This document shows, piece after piece, positions 1-13,334 of a stretch of DNA of 64,000 bases. The stretch is from Chiloscyllium plagiosum (taxonomy: Eukaryota): assembly GCF_004010195.1 (NCBI RefSeq), contig NC_057751.1:9245611-9309610 (forward strand). The letters run 5' to 3'. The notes beneath the pieces are model-generated. The model did not search any database and was not told where the DNA came from. It saw only the letters and a program-made list of their open reading frames with translations. Position 1 is the stretch's first letter. The number at the start of each line of letters is the position of its first letter. The position numbers and the translations under genes were made by a program.

Positions 1-247
1 ATAATTTCACGCAACCGTGTTCAGACAGCTACTAACCATTCAAAGCACAGTCAGAAAATATCAAACATGGATTATGAAATAGGTCAGAGGAGAATAAAAA
101 CAGTGAGCAACTACATCGACAATACGCAGAAACCTTGAAAGAGAAAAAAGTAGATCTATCGAATTATAGTGAAAATCTTTAAATTAGAATTTTAATCCCT
201 TTTGTAATGTATAAAATATAGCAACAAATTTATGGACAGCAAGCAGT

Positions 248-335
248 CCTGATGAAGACTTAAGTCGAAAAGTCAACTCTCTTGCTTCTCAGATGCTGCC
301 GTACATGCTGTGCTTTTACCAGTGCTACACTTATT
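248..335 (+). repeat. Penelope-like terminal repeat fragment with decayed hammerhead-type core
   Basis: cctgatgaag...cgaaa followed by the gatgctgcc/tgctgtgctttt..cag motif shared with many copies in the window. Confidence 0.6.
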
Positions 336-1169
336 ATTGGTGCTGATAGCCACAGACTGAAATGGTAGACTTCTCGCCAAACAACCAACATCTGTTGTTC
401 AATAACATACAAAAAGCCCAGTTGTAGGCAAAACCTTGCCATCAAAGACCTGCTTTCCCGCCAGAAATGGCAATTACTGGCCCTTTGAGAAGTGAAGTCT
501 CAAGTTTGCTCATCTTCTAGCTTTAACACTGATCCTCCAGCCCTGCCTTTTCCACAATTTGCATTGTACATAATTGGTAAAAGATTTATATATTCCTACA
601 TGTCATGATTAGAAAGCTTTTGCATCCACAGAATGATAATAAGGAGTGTTGTGAAGAATGAATAAGCTTGCATGTAGTGCATAAACACTACAGAGGAAGG
701 TAATCTGACAACAGAAATCTCAGTTCAATGCTTGTTCGTGCCAGGTTTTTTGATGTACATGATATTTATTTTGTGCTGTGCTTGAATTTATTTTTGCCAG
801 CACAATAAGATATCCTTTTTGTTTAGAATATAAAGGTGAGAAATTATTGATGGTGATAATAGCAAATCAATACTTAACATGTCTAAGTGAGACTCATGTT
901 GTCACTCCATTGAATTTATTTCAAAGGTGTGCAAGAACAGAGTTAAATGTATTTGCTGTCTTGAAGCAAATCTTTTTTATGTTCCAGATTTCAAAACAAA
1001 TGTTGGAAAAGCATTGCAGATCAATCTATATCTAAAATTAAATGGTACAAATAGCAGATTGTTTGAGTTTGAATGTTTTTCAGAGCCCAGAGGAAAAATA
1101 GAAAATGCTTGAAATGCTCATTGGTATAAAATTCTGAAATGTGGTCAGTGCTATCATGTAGCACACAGA

Positions 1170-2282
1170 GATGACACCAAAATCGGAGGTGTAGTGGACA
1201 GTTAAGGAGGTTACCTCAGAGTTCCACAGGATCTTGATCAGAAGGGGTTTAGATTAGAGTGGTGCTGGAAAAGCACAGCAGGTCAGGCAGCATCCGAGGA
1301 GCAGGAGAATCAATGTTTCGGGCAAAAGCCCTTCATCAGGATCCTGATGAAGGGCTTTTATCCGAAATGTCAATTTTCCTGCTCCTCGAATGCTGTCTGA
1401 CCTGCTGTGCTTTTCCAGCACCACTCTGATCTAAACTCTGGTTTCCAGCATCTGCAGTCCTCACTTTTGCCTTCTTGATCAGAAGGGCCAATGGGCCGAG
1501 GAGTGGCAGATGGAGTTTAATGTAGATAAACATGAGGTGTTGCATTTTGGAAAAGCAAATCAGGGTAGGACTTATACATTAATGGTAAGGTCCTAGGGAA
1601 TGTTGCTGAACAAATACATCTTGGAGAGCAGGTTCATTGTTTTTTGAAAGTGGAGTTGCAGGTGGACAGGATAGTGAAGGCAGCATCTGATATGCTTTCC
1701 CTTACTGGTCAGAGCAGCGAGTATAAGAGTTGGAAGGTCATGTTGTGACTGTGTAGGACATTAGTTAGACCACTTTTTGAATAGTGTGCACAATTCTAGT
1801 CTCACTCCTATTGGAAGGATGGTGAAAAACTTGAAAGGATCCAGAAAAGATTTAAAAGGATGTTGCCAGGAGTGAAAGGTTTGAACAAAGGAAGAGGCTG
1901 AATAGGCTGGGGCTGTTTTTCTTGTAGTGTTGGAAGCTGAGGTTTATAAAATCATGAGGGACATGGATAGGGTAATAGACAAGGTCTTTTCTCTGGGGTG
2001 GTGGAGTCCAGAACTAAAAGGCATAGGCTTGGGATGAGAGGTGAAAATTTAAAAGGGACCTAAGGGGCAATTTTTTCACACAGAGGGTAATGCACATATG
2101 GCAGTGGTGGAGGCTGGTACAATTACAATGGTTAAAAGGCACCTGGATGGGTATAAGAATAAGAGTTTAGAGGGATATAGGCCATGTGCTGGCAAATGGG
2201 ACAAGATTAGTTTAGGATATCTGAGTGGCATGGACAAGTTGGACCGAAACATCTGTTTCTGTGCTGTACATCTCTATGACAC
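1170..2282 (+). mobile_element. CR1 LINE 3' part (end of RT domain, ORF2 C-terminus, 3' UTR), decayed
   Basis: DDTKIGGVVDS, EWQMEFNVDK.EVLHFG and VVEAGTIT..KRHLDGY translations; split by the 1247-1472 insertion. Confidence 0.9.
1247..1472. mobile_element. Palindromic Penelope-derived short element (head-to-head terminal repeats)
   Basis: Inverted arms centred on ggatcc near 1340; 15-bp direct TSD tcttgatcagaaggg at 1232-1246 and 1473-1487. Confidence 0.85.
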
Positions 2283-2639
2283 TTTTTCATGGAAACATGA
2301 GAAAGTAAGAGGACTCACAAAGGAGATGTTTAGACAGAAAAAGAAAGAGGTTGGTCAGGGAAAAGTTTTAAGAATGACAGATCCTTTGGGAACATCAGAG
2401 GTAACAATGCAGGAGTAGGAAAGGAAGCCATTTCAAATGATTTTCTTGCTATTCTTTAAAAACAACCACATTGGCCGAGATTGGCAAATTCCTGAAAATT
2501 GGTTAATAGTTTACAACGTCAAATTTTGCTTCATAACATTCCTATGAAGTGCATTGGAGCATTTTACAATTATACAAATACAAAGTTTTATTTTTAATTA
2601 GTTGATCCATTTTTGATTATGGAACATCAACTCTGATTA

Positions 2640-2795
2640 GCTTCAAAGGCCCTGAACACAGGATCAGAAGGAAGAAGTCAAGCTTTCCATTCCTGATTGT
2701 TATCCAGCGACTCTGTTTGGAAAACACATGCAACGGTGGACATGAAGTGGGAAAAAATCAGCTTAGCTATACAAAGTATTCTGTCAACACTCTCA
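2640..2795 (+). mobile_element. Deu-domain SINE remnant (SacSINE1/AmnSINE1-like)
   Basis: tcctgattgttatccagcgactctgtttggaaa resembles the Deu core as recalled (tcctgatcgctatccagtgacccctgctggaaa). Confidence 0.6.
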
Positions 2796-2844
2796 AAGTA
2801 GAACAACTATGTTTATAATGTACACCAGTTGGCTTATTGTGCAT

Positions 2845-5800
2845 TTGTGGGATGTGGGTGTTGCTGGCTGGCCAGCACTTATTGCTCATGCCTCGTTGCA
2901 CTTGAGGTAGTGTGGTGAACTGCCTTCTTCCACAGCTGCAGTCCATCTACTGTGGGTTGACACATAATGGCATGAGGGAGGGAATTCCAGGACTTTGGCC
3001 CAGTGACAGTGAAGGAATGGCAATAATCTTCTCAGTCAGTACGGTGAGTGACTTGAAAGGGAACTTGAAGGTATATCTCCATGTATCTCCGGTCCTTGCC
3101 CTTCTAGATGGAAGTGGTCATGGATTTGGAAGGTGCTATTTAAGGATCTTCACTGAACTTCTGCAGTACATCTTGTAGACAGGACATACTGTTGTTACTA
3201 ATCGTTAGTGGTGATGTTCAGTGATGCCAATGAAGCAGGCAGCTTTGTCGTGGATGGTTTTAAGCTTCAAATGGTTTTGGAGCTACATCCATTGAGACAA
3301 AGGGGAGCATTCCATCACACTCTTGACTTGTGCCTTGGTGATGATGCACAGGTTCTGAGTCAGGAGATGAGTTACTCACCGCAGTATCCTAGCCACTAAC
3401 CTGCTCTTGTAGTCGCTGTGTTTATGTGGCGAGTCCAGATGAACTTCTGGTCAAATGTAACCCAACAATGTTGATAATGGGGGAATTCAGTGATGGTAAC
3501 ACCATTGAATGTCAAAGGACGATGGTGAGATCATTTCTTACTGGAGATAATCATTGCCTGGCATTTGCGTAGCGCAAATGTTACTTGTCAATTGTCAGTG
3601 CAAGCCCTGGATATTGTCGAGATCTTATTGCATTTCAGCAAAGTCATGAATGATGTTGAACATTGTGCAATCATAAGTGAACATCACCATTGCTGACCTT
3701 ATAATAGTAGGAAGATCATTGAAGAAGCAGCTGAAGATGGTTGGGCCTAGGCCACCACCTTGGCGAACTCCTGCAGAGATGGCCTGGAGCTGAGGTGACT
3801 GACCTCCAACAACCACAACCATCTTCCCATGTGCCAGATATGAGTCCAACCAGCAGAGAGTTTTCCCCTGATACTAATTAATTGCAATTTTGCTAGGATT
3901 CCTTGATGCTATATTCAGTCAAACGCAGCCTTGACGTCAAAGGCTGTTAATCTCACCTCACATCTCAGATTCAGCTCTTTTGTCCAAATTTGAATGAAGT
4001 CTTCAGTTTATTCAGATGAGTGGTGTTGGCAGAACCCTAACTGGGCATCAGTGAGCACATTCATGTTAAGCAGGTGCTGATTGACAGCACTGTTGGTGAC
4101 ATCTTCTGTCACTTTATGATCAAGAGTCGACCTTTGGGACAGTCATTGGTTGGATTGGATTTGTCCCACTTTTTTTGTATAAGACATACCTGGTAATTTA
4201 CCACATTGTTGGGTAGATGCCAGTGTTGCAACTGTACTGGAACAGTTTGCCTAGGGGAGCAGCAAGTTCTGGAGCACAAGTCTTCAGTCCTATTGCCAGA
4301 ATGTTCTCAGGGCCTACAGCCTTTGTACTATCCAGTGCCTCCAACCATTTCTTAATATCACATGATGCGAATCGAAATGGCTGAAGATTTTGCTGGGGAC
4401 CCACAACAGAAAGCCAAGACGGATCATCGTCTTGGCACTTCTGGCTGAAGATTAGTGCTAATGCTTCAGTCTTATCTTTTGCAATATTGTTATGAATGCC
4501 TCCATCACTGAGTGTCAGCATATTTATGAAGCCTCCCACTCCAGTGAGTTGTTTAGTTGTCCATCATCATTCATTACTAGATGTGGCAGGAGTGCAGAAC
4601 TTCGATCTGATCCGCTGCCTGCGAGATCACTAAGTTCTATCAACTGCTGCTCATTTGGCAAGCAAATAGTCCATTTCGGTAACTTCACCAGGTTGACACC
4701 TCATTTTTGGGAATGGCTGGTGCTGTCCCTTGTATCTTTCCTGCACTCTCCATTGAACTATGGTTGATCCCCTGGCTTGATGTTAATGGTTGAGAGGGCG
4801 GTGGGGATGTGCTGGGCCATGAGGTTGCAGCTTGTGCAGGAATACAACTCTGCTGCCATTAAAGGCTCACAGTTCCTCGTGGATGCCCAGCCTTCAATTG
4901 CTCGGTCTGTTTGAATTCTGAGCCATTTAGCACAATCCAAGTGCCACAAAACATGATGGAAGGTATTTTCAATGTGAAAGCAGGACCTGGTCTCTGCAAG
5001 AACTGTGCAGTGATCACATGTAACTGTATTTCATTCTCTTGTAGCTTCCTCCACTACCTGCTGCAGATGGAATATGGCAGCTATGTCCTTTAGAACCTGA
5101 CTAGCTCAATCAATCATGCTTCCGCTGAAGCACTCTTGGTGGTGCACATTACAATCTCACACCCAGAATACATTTCGTGCCCAAGCCATTCTCAGTGCTT
5201 CCTCCAAATGTTGTTCAACATGGCGGAGAACTGACTCAACAGCCAAGGGAGAACTGTTCATAGAGTCAGAGTCAGAGATGTACAGCATGAAAACAGACCC
5301 TTCGGTCCAACCTGTCCATGCCGACCAGATATCCCAACCCAATATAGTTCCACCTGCCAGCACACAGCCCATATCCCTCCAAATCCTTCCTATTCTTATA
5401 ACCATCCAAATAACTCTTCAATGTTGCAACTGTATCAGCCTCCACCACATCCTCTGGCAGCTCATTCCATACACATACCACCCTCTGCGTGAAAACGTTA
5501 CCCCTTAGGTCTCTTATAAGCAGAAGACATCCTTGTCTGTGTTTAATCTAAAGCTATGAGACTTCATGGGGTCCAGAATCAATGTTGAAGACTCTCAGGG
5601 TAACTCCCTCCTGACTGTAAATCACTATGCCGCCAGTTCTGCTGACTTTGCCTTGTCAGTGGGACAGAACATATCCAGCGATGGTGATGGTAATGGTTGT
5701 GTCTGAGTGATTCTCTGCAAGGTATGATTTCGTGAGTTTGACCATGTCAAGCCGTTGCATGACTTGTCTGCGAGACCTCTCTCAATTTTGGCACTAACCC

Positions 5801-5945
5801 CCAGATATTAGGAAAGAAGACTTTGCAGGGTTGAAATGGCTGCTTCTGTACTTGTCTTTTCCGATGCCTAGGTCCAGGCGAACTGCATAACCTGTTTCAT
5901 TCCTTTGTTAAGACTTTGTACCAATTGGTGCAACTGAGTGGCTTG
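2845..5945 (-). mobile_element. Long decayed CR1-clade LINE (EN and RT remnants), second family
   Basis: Minus-strand ORFs with ELAAPLGKLFQYS.NTGIYPTMW, GVRQG..LGPTIFSCFFNDLP and MFTYDCT. Confidence 0.85.
5258..5515 (-). mobile_element. CR1 3' end nested in the older LINE
   Basis: WNELPEDVVEADT...LDGY and the 3' UTR tail matching other CR1 copies. Confidence 0.85.
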
Positions 5946-6084
5946 CTCATCTACCGATAACTTCTGCTATCTTGCAGAAGAGGCTACAGATCTCCAGTGA
6001 GGTCTCTCACTCATTGCCAACAAACTGGGGTGGTAGAGAGTGTCATCAATCAATAGCTGCAAACCTTGTTCCTTTTCTTTTCAT

Positions 6085-6410
6085 TAAATCACAGGCTGTG
6101 GGCATCACTGGAGAAGCCAGTATTCATTGTCCATCCATATTCTCCAGAAGGCAGTTGAGAGACAACCATATTGCTGAGAGTCTGGAGTCAGGTGGAGGCA
6201 AAATCAGGTGAGAATGGAAGATTTCCTTCTCTGAAGAACACTGGTGAGCCGACAAACAACAAGGGTTTAATGGTCATCAGTAGATTCTTAATTCCAGACA
6301 TTTGTTCGTGAATTTGAATACCACCTGGTGTGGCAAGATTCGAACCCGGGTACCAGAACATTGGCTGTTTTTCTGAATTAACAGTCTTACGACAATACCA
6401 CTAGGCCATC
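6085..6410 (-). repeat. SINE / LINE-tail remnant
   Basis: B-box-like gggttcgaatc on the minus strand near 6335-6350; tail similar to the LINE ends at about 2850 and 42470. Confidence 0.5.
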
Positions 6411-6779
6411 AATTTTCCTGCCATCAATTTTCCTGCCAAAAGCAAGGCCCAAGCAAGAATTAGCACCTTCAGGAACGAGATCAAATTTAAATATTACCAG
6501 CATTGACATCAAGCAAGAACTAACAGAAATACATAACATGTTGCACTTTTTTTATAGGGAACCGTGGACAATGATCAGAAATTGGAAGAGGGACTGATTT
6601 CCATCTTCCAGACCAAGGCACAAAAAGACTGTGGTGCCTGATTGTAACTGAAGAGACATTCTTGAACCTGTCTGGCCTGTAAAGTTCACCCTAATTGCCA
6701 CAATTATCTAAACAAGCATCAGTGACTCGTCTCTCCTTTGGTTTTGAGAGAGCAAAACCACAACGTTGGGAAGAGGAAC

Positions 6780-7380
6780 AATAGTGGCCAGAGGACAAGT
6801 ATTTCAGAAAGCTATAGACCACCCAGGAGAGACACAGATTGCCAGAAAGCAAAACAACATTCTCACAGAGGGACAACCTTTTCCAGTGGGACACAAATAT
6901 TACCAGAGGAAATAATTATTGCCAGAAATAAACAAACACAACCACAAGAAAAAAGTATTTCAGAAAGACAAAGACTGCCAGAGAGACAAATTCCATCAAG
7001 AGAGAATACCAGTGTGGCACAAACACTGAGAAAGATGGACATTCATTGGCAGAAAGAGAAAAATACAACCAAAGAAAGGGAGGGATTGCCAGAATGATAC
7101 AAAAACAGCCACAGAGTTGCAAACACTAATGGAGCAGTACAAGCCCAACCAGCAAGGGACAGACACTGTCAGAGAGGGACAAAGGCCTCCAAAGAGATAG
7201 AAATGTTGAGAAAGACAGACAAACACTGCCAGACTGCCACCAGAGAAAGACATATGCTGCCAGAGAGATAGAGACAAATGTCACCAGAGAGGGATGAACA
7301 TTACCAGAGAGAGAGAGAGAGAAAGACGACCAGTGAGGCAAATGCAATTAGCTAGACAACTGTTACCAGTGCAATAAACA
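6780..7380. repeat. Degenerate purine-rich minisatellite-like tract ((a/c)tgccagaga motif)
   Basis: Many tgccaga/taccaga units in AG-rich sequence; a similar tract lies at 13895-14400. Confidence 0.6.
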
Positions 7381-7399
7381 GAGGATCAGCCAGAAGTCA

Positions 7400-9400
7400 T
7401 GATCCACAATGGTACTCACAACATAGGTTGGAAGAGGGATTAAAGGTTTGAAAGAAGAATTCAGGGAGTTTGGAAGGACATTATTAAGCCGGATCTAAAG
7501 TTATGTCAGGATTATTTCCTGCGCCACATATTGATAATCCTAAGAACAAGAGGACTGTTTGGTTGAACATGTGGCTGCAGAACTGGCTAAAAAGTGGATT
7601 GGATTTCTGAGAAAATGGGCCCAGTTCTAAGGAAGGTGGAACCTGTCCAAGCTGCACAGGTTACACCTTCTCAGAAATGACTGATATCCTCACAGGGAGA
7701 TTTGCTCATGTCATTGGGATTAGTTTAGATGAGCTGAGGGCAGACTTAAATTGGAAGGGAGTTAGGCTGTTTATAGGAAATTAAAAATCAGCAAGGGAGA
7801 CTGCAAGATAGGAGAAACAAAGCTGAGTATCGAGTATACTTCAGATGCAGAATGATACCAGAAACACAAGGATACTTGACATATTAGGACAAACAGAAAA
7901 AAAAGAAAAAACACTGGAGGTGCTCTGATCATAGAAGATGGGATCAGCGCACTTGTAAGGAGGATCCCACATCGGAAGAACAATGCTTGTCATCTGTTTG
8001 GGTGGAACGAAGAAACAGCATCGAGCAACAGACATTGGTGAAGGGATATTGTGCACCAAACAGTACTGGTAGTGAGGGGTATGGTATAAATCAGGGCATG
8101 AGAAAAGCTTGCCAGATGTGCAACATCTTCAATCTGCCATAGACTGCTATAACAATTGAGCATTAAAGCTGAGGAGGAGGAGTTTCTGGATACCTTGGGG
8201 ATAGTTTTCTCCAGCAGCAGGTCAAACATCCAACTCAAGAAGAAGCTATTTTGGATCCAGTATGACATAATGAAAAAGGGTGAATTAATAATCTTCTGGG
8301 AAAAGAACTGTTCATCGTGAGTGAGCACAATATGGTAGAATTGCACATGATTTTTGAAAATGAGGTTGTTTAATCTGAAGCAAGGCTGTTAAATTTGAAT
8401 AATGGAAATTGTCAAAGTATGAAGCACAATTTGACTGAAGTGAACTGAACACATTGAGAAACAACTCTACGTAGGCAATCGGTCATCTTTCAACAACTAT
8501 TTCCAGCAACTACACGTTCTTTCAAAACTCAACAGTCAGTCAACTGTGGCTGAAAAATGAAGTTAAGGATTGTGTAAGATGAAATGAAAAGACTCATAAA
8601 GTGTCCAGGAACTCTGAAAAAAATCTGAAGTTTGGGAAATTTTAGGAGGATTAACAAGAACTAAAAAACTGAAGGAAAGGAAAAACGGAATTCAAATGCA
8701 ATCTCGCAAAAACCATAACAGTGAACTGTAAATGTTTCTGTATGAAATGATTAGCAGAACCTTGGTGCACGAAATGAATTAGCAAAGTACTTTTTGTCTG
8801 TTTTCACTGAGGAAGATAAAAGAAATGCCCAAAATAGATATCCAACTGATAAGGGAGAATGAGGACTAGAAAGAAATTAAGAGTGATAAAAAGTTTATGT
8901 TGGGGGAATTACACTTGGACTGATAGTTGACAAATCCATGGGATCTGATAATCTACACTGAGATATAATCAATGAATCTGTAACCATCTTCCAAAATTCC
9001 ACAGATTCTGGAATGAATCCTGCAGGTTGGAAGCTTTAAAATGTCATCCACCATTTCACAAGAGCAGGAAAAAAAACAGGGAATAACAGACCTATCAGCC
9101 TAACATCAGAAAATGTTAGAAATTATTTTAAAGGACATGATAAATGGACACTTGGATAAAAATGATCTGATTAGACATAGCATGGATTTCCCAACGGAAA
9201 ATTAGGTTTTACATACCTATTGGGAGTATTCTGAGCTCATGATGAACAAAATTGATCAGATGGATGCTGTATATTTGGATTTTCTGAGGTTTTTCATGAA
9301 ATTCCCCACAAAAGGCTGGTAAGCAGATTAAAGCACTTGACATCAGAGATAACATATGGCATAGATTAAGGATTGGCTAACAGACAGAAAAGAGAATAGG
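7400..9400 (+). mobile_element. Old CR1 LINE (ORF1/EN/RT remnants), heavily decayed
   Basis: EEEFL, W...N....F.K...NNRPISLTS and D.VYLDF remnants. Confidence 0.7.
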
Positions 9401-9404
9401 ACTA

Positions 9405-10825
9405 TGTTGAAAAAAGGAGTAAGGTAAAAGATGGAAAATTACATACCTATCTGCCAAACCTGGGTCGTGGGTAAGATCCTGGAATACATTGTGAAGGATG
9501 AGATTTTTGAATACTTGGAGATATATGATAAAACAGGGCAAAGTCATCATGGTTTCATCAAGGGAAGGTCAAGCCTCACAAACCTGCAAGAATTCATTGA
9601 GGAAGTAAAAAGCAGGTTAGACCAAGGAGAGCCAATTAATATTATCTACTTGGACTTCAAGAAAACCTTTGACAAGTTGCCACAGCGGACGCCACTGAGT
9701 TAGATAAGGGTCCACGGTGTTAAAGGCAAGGTGCTAGCATGGATAGAAGCTTGGCTGTCTGGCAGATCATGAAGATAAAAGGGTCTTTCTCAGGATGGCA
9801 GCCAGTGGCAAGTGGTGTTCCGCAAGGCTCAGTGTTGGGGCTACAACTTTTCACTTTATACATTAACGATCTAGATGAAGGAACTGAGGACATTTTAGCT
9901 AAGTTTGCAGATGATAAAAAGATAGGTAGAGGGACAGCCTCTGTAGCATTAAGGAGGTGGGGAGGCTGCAGAAGGGAATTAAACAGGTTAGGAGCGTGGG
10001 CAAAAAAGTGGCAGGTGGAGTACAAATTGGGAAAGTGTGAGGTCATGCACTGTGGTAGGATGAATAGAGGCATGAACTATTTCCTAAATGGGGAGAAAAT
10101 TCAGAAATCTGAGGTGCAAATAGACTTGGGCATTTTAGTCCAGGATTCTCTCAAGGTAAACTTGCAAGATGAGTAAGTAGTTAGGAAGGCAAAAGCAATG
10201 ATGGCATTTTTTGAGAGAACTTGGATTTAAAATGAAGAAACGTACTTCTGAGGCTCTATAACACTCTGTTCAGACCACATCTGGAGTATTGTGCAAAGTT
10301 TTGAGCCCCATTTCTCAGGAAGGACATAGAGGCTCAAAAGCATGTTCGGAGGAGATTCACGAGAATGGTCCCAGGAATGAACAGTGTAACATATGGGGAC
10401 CATTTGAGGACTCTGGATCTATGCTCGATGGAGTTTAGAAGGACAGGGAAGTGGGGATCTAATTGAAACTTATGGAATATTGAATGGCCTGAACAGAGTA
10501 GATGTTGGGAAGATGTTTTCATTGGTAGGAGAGATGAAGACCCGAGGGTATAACCTAAGAGTAAAGGGAAGACCATTTAGAACGGAGTTAAGGAGAAACC
10601 TCTTCAGCCACAAATGTATAGAATACACTCCACAGAGGCTGTGGAGGCTAGATTATTTAATGTATTTAAGACTTAGATTGATACGTTCTTGATTGTCGAG
10701 GATCAAGGATTACAGGTAGGAGGCTGAGAATGGGAATGAGAAACTTAACAGCAATGATGGAATGGTAAAGCAGACTCGATGGCCTGAATGGCCTAACTTC
10801 TGCTCTGAAGTCTTATCATCTTAAA
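9405..10825 (+). mobile_element. CR1 LINE RT domain to 3' UTR
   Basis: ORFs 9431-9703 (QSHHGFIKGRS.LTNL, YLDFKKTFDK) and 9739-10176 (SGVPQGSVLG, KFADD). Confidence 0.92.
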
Positions 10826-10912
10826 TGGGTCCTGTTCATGTTGGCAGACTGTGGTGACTGGGGCACCATAAGGATTTGTACTTAGGCCTTAGCTGTACAT
10901 AATATTATCAAT

Positions 10913-11072
10913 GAGCAGGAAAATCGATGTTTTGAGCATAAGATCTTCATCCTGAAGAACTTATGCTCAAAATGTCGATTCTTCTGCTCCTCGGATGCTG
11001 CCTGACTGGCTGTGCTTTTCCAAAACTACACTCTTCAACTCTAATCTCCAGCATCTGCAGTCCTCACTTTTT
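10913..11072. mobile_element. Palindromic Penelope-derived short element
   Basis: Inverted arms around cttcatcctgaag; same family as 1247-1472. Confidence 0.75.
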
Positions 11073-11564
11073 CCCCTGTTCATAATATACAATCAAATCA
11101 TTTGGAAGTGTGAACCAAGGCAGTATTACCAGATTCACAGAACTGCAAAGCTAAACAGGAATGCGTGTTGTGAGGAAGATGCAAAATGCTTTTACGAGGA
11201 TTTGGATTGGTTGTTTGAATGGGCTAAAATACGACTGACAGAATATCATGTGGCATTCACTTTGGTAAGAACAGCAAATGGAGAAAACATGACTAAAATG
11301 ATGCAAGGTTGGAAAGTGTCAAAATTCAAAGGGACTTGGCTGCACTTGCCACCAAGTCACTGAAGGCTGACAGACAGCAATACCAATCAATAGTAACAAA
11401 GTACTGCAGATGCCAGAAAGTTCTAAAGAAGGGTCACTTGACTAAAACGTAAAGTCTGCTTTCTCTCCACAGATACTACCAGACCTACTGAGTTTTTCCA
11501 GCAACTTCAGTGTACACAGCTACAGCAAATTATCAACAAAGCTTGTTGCACCTTTGTCATAAGC

Positions 11565-13265
11565 AAAGTGAAAAATCACACAACACCAGGTTGTAGACCA
11601 ACAGATTTATTTGGAAGTACAAGCTTTCGGAGCACTGCTCCTTTATCATATAGCTAGTGGGGCAGGATCATGGGACACAGAATTTATAGCAAACAATCAA
11701 AGTGTCATACTACTGATGCGATATATCGAACCAAACGAGACTGCTGTTAAGTCTTCAATCACCTAGTATTATGAAGGTGTAAAGGTGCACTGTACCTTTA
11801 AGAGAGTTGAAAAGCTAGCAGAACTACCTGACACAGCACCAAGTGTTTTGAACAAGGTAACAACGTAACATTTGATCGAACAGCTACAGTAGCTGGGTTT
11901 CCTGGATACAAAATCAGTTTAAATTATGCCCCAAGATACCAAACTCCAATCAAGTTTGGTTTTAATATTGTCAAAATACTAAATTCAATGAAACGATCCA
12001 ATGTTTTAGGGTATAAATATCATACATTTCAAACAGTCACACAGAGCAGCAAAGAGAACGACCAAAAGACCAACAGATGGAGGCTGCTAGTAAGAGCTTT
12101 CTGAGAAGTACCTGTCTGGCAAAGGCATTTGCACAGGGCAAAATACATCGACACCAACCTAGAGAGAAAATCTACAGAGGAAGATACAAAGAGAAGATTC
12201 GACAGCTGGCTGGTTTTGAAATTTGAATTTTTTGTAAATCTTAAATCGGGGGTTTTTATCAGACCAGCATTGTAGAGGGGGAGGTAAAATTTAGGTTTAG
12301 AGAAAGGAGTTGTAAATAGTTGTTAGTTCATGTTCTCTGTTAGACTTAAAGAATAAAGTTCTTAAATTTTTTTGTACTTTAATTAGTGACTTTAGGATAG
12401 TTCTTTGCCTCTCGAATTTTCACAGATTACAGCACGGGGTGAATCTTTTCTGTGTTGCTGGTTTAAATTAGCAGAGGAGCTTACCCCATGTTGTAACACC
12501 TAGGATGGGGCCACAGGCCTCGATTCATCAACATGTAAATCCCAGAACTTCTTTCAAGTCACATTTCCTCAATAACTTAAGGTTTTATTAAAAGAAGTGA
12601 CATCTCAACTCAGACAATGCATTAAAGCTGTGAGGTTAGAGTCTGCCTATATTCCAAACTTGAGTCAGACTAGTTCTATTTCCAAAGTAGGTATTAATAA
12701 AATGTTACATGGACTGTCTGCCTCCAGACTGTGTGCTTTTTAAGGTCCGAGGCAGAATGTCCTTGATCGCTGAAGTGTTCCCCAAATGGGAGCAAACATC
12801 CCTGTCTGGCAATTGTTGGATAGTGTCCATTCGTCCATTGTCATAGCATTTGCTTGGGCTCACCAGTATACAATGCCTTGGGGCATCCTTGCCTGCAGTG
12901 TATGAGATAAACAACATTGGCCAAGGAATACCTCCCATATACATGGTGGGTGGTGCCCCGACCTGTATTGGCAGTATCCATGTCAGGAAAATGACTTGAA
13001 AGTAGTTCTGGGATTTACATGTTAATAAATCACAGCCTGCAGCCCCATTCCAGGTGACGGGAGACTAAACAGCAATCGACCTTTGTTTAATTTATAGTAA
13101 TGCACTTTGATCTTTTACTATAAATGCTAAGTCCTATGATCCTGCCATCCCTAGTTACCTAATGAAGGAGCAGTGCTCCAAGAGCTTGTACTTCCAAATA
13201 AACCTGTTGGACTGTAACCTGGTATTGTTGATTTTTAACTTTGTCCAACCCAGTCCAACACCAAT
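11565..13265 (-). mobile_element. Penelope-like element with inverted termini and GIY-YIG remnant
   Basis: 11565-11766 is an inverted copy of about 13040-13265; minus strand 12750-12925 reads ANVVYLIHCRQGCPKALYTGE...EHFS..GHS. Confidence 0.8.
11767..12498 (+). mobile_element. Solo LTR nested in the Penelope element
   Basis: Starts tattatga (TG decayed to TA) and ends tgtaaca; 5-bp TSD cctag at 11762-11766 and 12499-12503; TATA-like tataaat near 12013 and aataaa near 12352. Confidence 0.8.
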
Positions 13266-13334
13266 ACCTCCACGTCATAAGTAAAGTTGACTACACAAAT
13301 CGCAAAATCTTGCCTGAGGAGCTTGCTGAGACCA

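Noticed and set aside
827..835. Possible 9-nt + strand microexon (tttag|AATATAAAG|gtgaga)
   Set aside because: No other + strand exons support a host gene there, and such a short pattern can arise by chance.
6738..7347. Overlapping ORFs on both strands
   Set aside because: Produced by the low-complexity purine-rich tract.
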